From positions 117,366,001-117,430,000 of the forward strand of contig OZ024742.1 in the NCBI GenBank assembly GCA_964016885.1: a stretch of 64,000 nt of DNA. The letters are read 5' to 3'. Source of the DNA: Eledone cirrhosa (lineage: Eukaryota). Positions 61,882 through 64,000 of this stretch are shown here, in pieces. A program made the position numbers and the translations under genes. The notes beneath the pieces were generated by a model. It searched no databases. It was not told where the DNA came from and saw only the letters and a list, made by a program, of their open reading frames with translations. Each line of letters begins with the position of its first letter. The first letter of the stretch is position 1.

Positions 61882-63820
61882 ATTATTATTATTTTGTTCC
61901 CCTTCAGGATTGATCTTTAGTCAAGATAGCAGACCACATTCAGTGGTCTTTGATAACATGATGTTGTTTCCTACTTCTCAGTTTTTATTCAATACCTTTC
62001 GTATTATACCAACCATTCCAAGCAAACAAGGTTTCTGTAACATTTCCACTCTACGATTCAATTCTAGTTTTTCTAACAATTTATCTAATTGACTACTGGA
62101 GTCACTTCCACCTTTTTCATTTTCCACATTCTTGAAATTTCATATTTCAGATTGCCATAATTAGTTCACTTTTCTTCTTCTTTGTCTTCTATGTGAGTAT
62201 CAAATGGACATGATAGATCAACTGACATCTTTTTAACTTTTCGATTACACTGATGTTTGGTCTATTATGATCCAGTCATTTATTGGTTTTTATGGGTAAA
62301 TCCTGTAAAACATTGCAGTCTTCCGACTCCAATATTTTCTCCTGTTGATGCATGTACCATTTGTCTGCCTTGTCAAATCACCACTTCTCACACAGTTTCC
62401 AGTGGATTAATTTGGCCATATTATTATGTATCACCTTCTTATATTCGTTTCAAGCTAGTTTCGGACATTCTGAGATAATATGAGCCACTGTTTCAACTGC
62501 ACCATCACACAATCAACACAGAAGAGATACGTCTTCTCCATACACTGCTTTTCTGATGTTATTCATGCAAATTGCCTGATCTTTTGCTGCAATTATTGTG
62601 CTCTCTGTTTCCTTTTCAAATACCCCTTTATTAGCCAATCCTACGATTTCATTCCTTTCACTTCATCTGTTGCTTTTCTGAACTGTCTGTGTAGTGTCTT
62701 GCCCTCATATTCAGTTTCATGTTCATTCTGTACCTCTTCTTTACTTTTGTCACCAGTGTTAGTTTCAAACAAATCTGCTCCACCCTCTTCCCTCAGTAAC
62801 TTCTCTCGATGCACATAAATATTGTTCTAACACAATCTTAAACCTTGGACTCCATTTGCTCTTTTCATATATAATTAGTCCACATCTGCTTTTGAGTGAT
62901 ATGTGCTCCATAAATCCTCAGCAGCTTCCTTGTTTTGTGATCCAACTCTGCTTTCATCCAACTATGATGCCAGCACCATATCTAATGATATACAATGTTC
63001 TTGAATTGATAGCTGAAATACAGTCGAGTTTTGATTTAAATATTGTCCTCAATCATCATACATATTCTTTGTTTACATGATCTTCATCTCCTCCTGTTTT
63101 ATACCATCCACTTCCAATATTATAAGATATCTATATCCACTTCCTTCTTCAATGCATTTCATCATGTTACTAATCATATTTCCTTCCTTCTGAACAACTT
63201 TCCTATCTTCCTAACCAGCACAGCACATTTTGACAATCCAAATTCCATTTTGATATCGCCTGCAAATATCCTAATGGCATTTACCAAGCTTCTATTTGAT
63301 CTTCATTTTTTGCAAACAATTTAAGATCATCCAAGAAGAGATGATGATTTTCCCTATCTCCTCCAGTTCATAAGATATCTTTGTCTTTCTCAACATCAAT
63401 GTCTGTGAAATCATCCCTACCACAAACAACAATGGTGACAAACTATCTCCTTGGAATATTCCCACGTCTTATCTTAACATTTCCTAACTTTCCATTACCA
63501 GCAACTAGTTGAGTTTTCCAGTTTCATGTTCTCCTTAATGAACTGTCTCATATTTATTGCCACTCCAAAAATTTCCATTGATCCTTCAATCCAACTTTGA
63601 GCCACCATATCATACACCTTGCAACTCCCAATGATGTTAATCTCCTCTTACAATTCTTCGCTATCATTTTCTTGATCACTAATTGATCCCTGGTGCCTTT
63701 ATATCTTTTTTGCATCCTTTCTGCAATGAGTTTGTCTACTACAAATTTCTGTACAATTCTTCAGTTATTAAACCTGTTAATAGTTTCTATAACAGAGGTA
63801 GATAAGTGATCAGTCTAAAA
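61882..63820 (-). mobile_element. R4/Dong-like non-LTR retrotransposon (RT plus 3' end), same family as 59555-60403
   Basis: Minus strand IFQGDSLSPLLFV and NHHLFLDDLK RT motifs. The 3' region is homologous to 59555-60403 and ends in an AATAATAATAAT tail at ~61882-61893. Confidence 0.85.
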
Positions 63821-64000
63821 TTGGACACCATGTTCTTCTTTCCTCTTTCCTTCACACATGCTTTGCGGAATACAGTTACGGCCCTTTATGTTCTGAGTTT
63901 AAATCCCACTGAAGTCAGCTTTGCATTTCATTCTTACAGGGTCAACAAAATAAAGTACCAGTAATGCACATTTAATTGACTTTCCCTTCCCCAAAGATTG
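63820..64000 (+). mobile_element. SINE copy (runs to the window end)
   Basis: CATGCTTTGCGG...GTTACGGCCCTTTATGTTCTGAGTTTAAATCCC...GGGGTCAACAAAATAAAGTACCAG. Confidence 0.75.

Overview
AT-rich, microsatellite-dense eukaryotic DNA. The repeat content (tRNA-type SINEs, RTE LINEs with (GAT)n tails, Penelope relics) resembles octopus/cephalopod genomes; this organism call is inference only. The only well-supported host coding sequence is one Ig-domain exon (3218-3428, +, Dpr/DIP/Zig-8-like), so most of the window is probably intronic or intergenic. The rest is a patchwork of transposable elements: (1) a near-intact, full-length 5.8-kb Tx1/L1-clade LINE inserted at the end of a (TATC)n tract with a 19-bp target-site duplication; (2) two older Tx1 relics; (3) many RTE LINE fragments; (4) two R4/Dong-like elements ending in (TAA)n; (5) CRE and CR1 RT relics, a mariner relic, piggyBac and hAT MITEs, and SINEs; (6) Penelope-like (GIY-YIG) relics. 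The most striking unannotated signal is a set of minimal type I hammerhead-ribozyme-like cores (CUGANGA...GAAAC-tetraloop-GUH) together with long fold-back inverted repeats. Several of these lie next to Penelope-like fragments. Boundaries of degenerate repeats are approximate and were read by eye.
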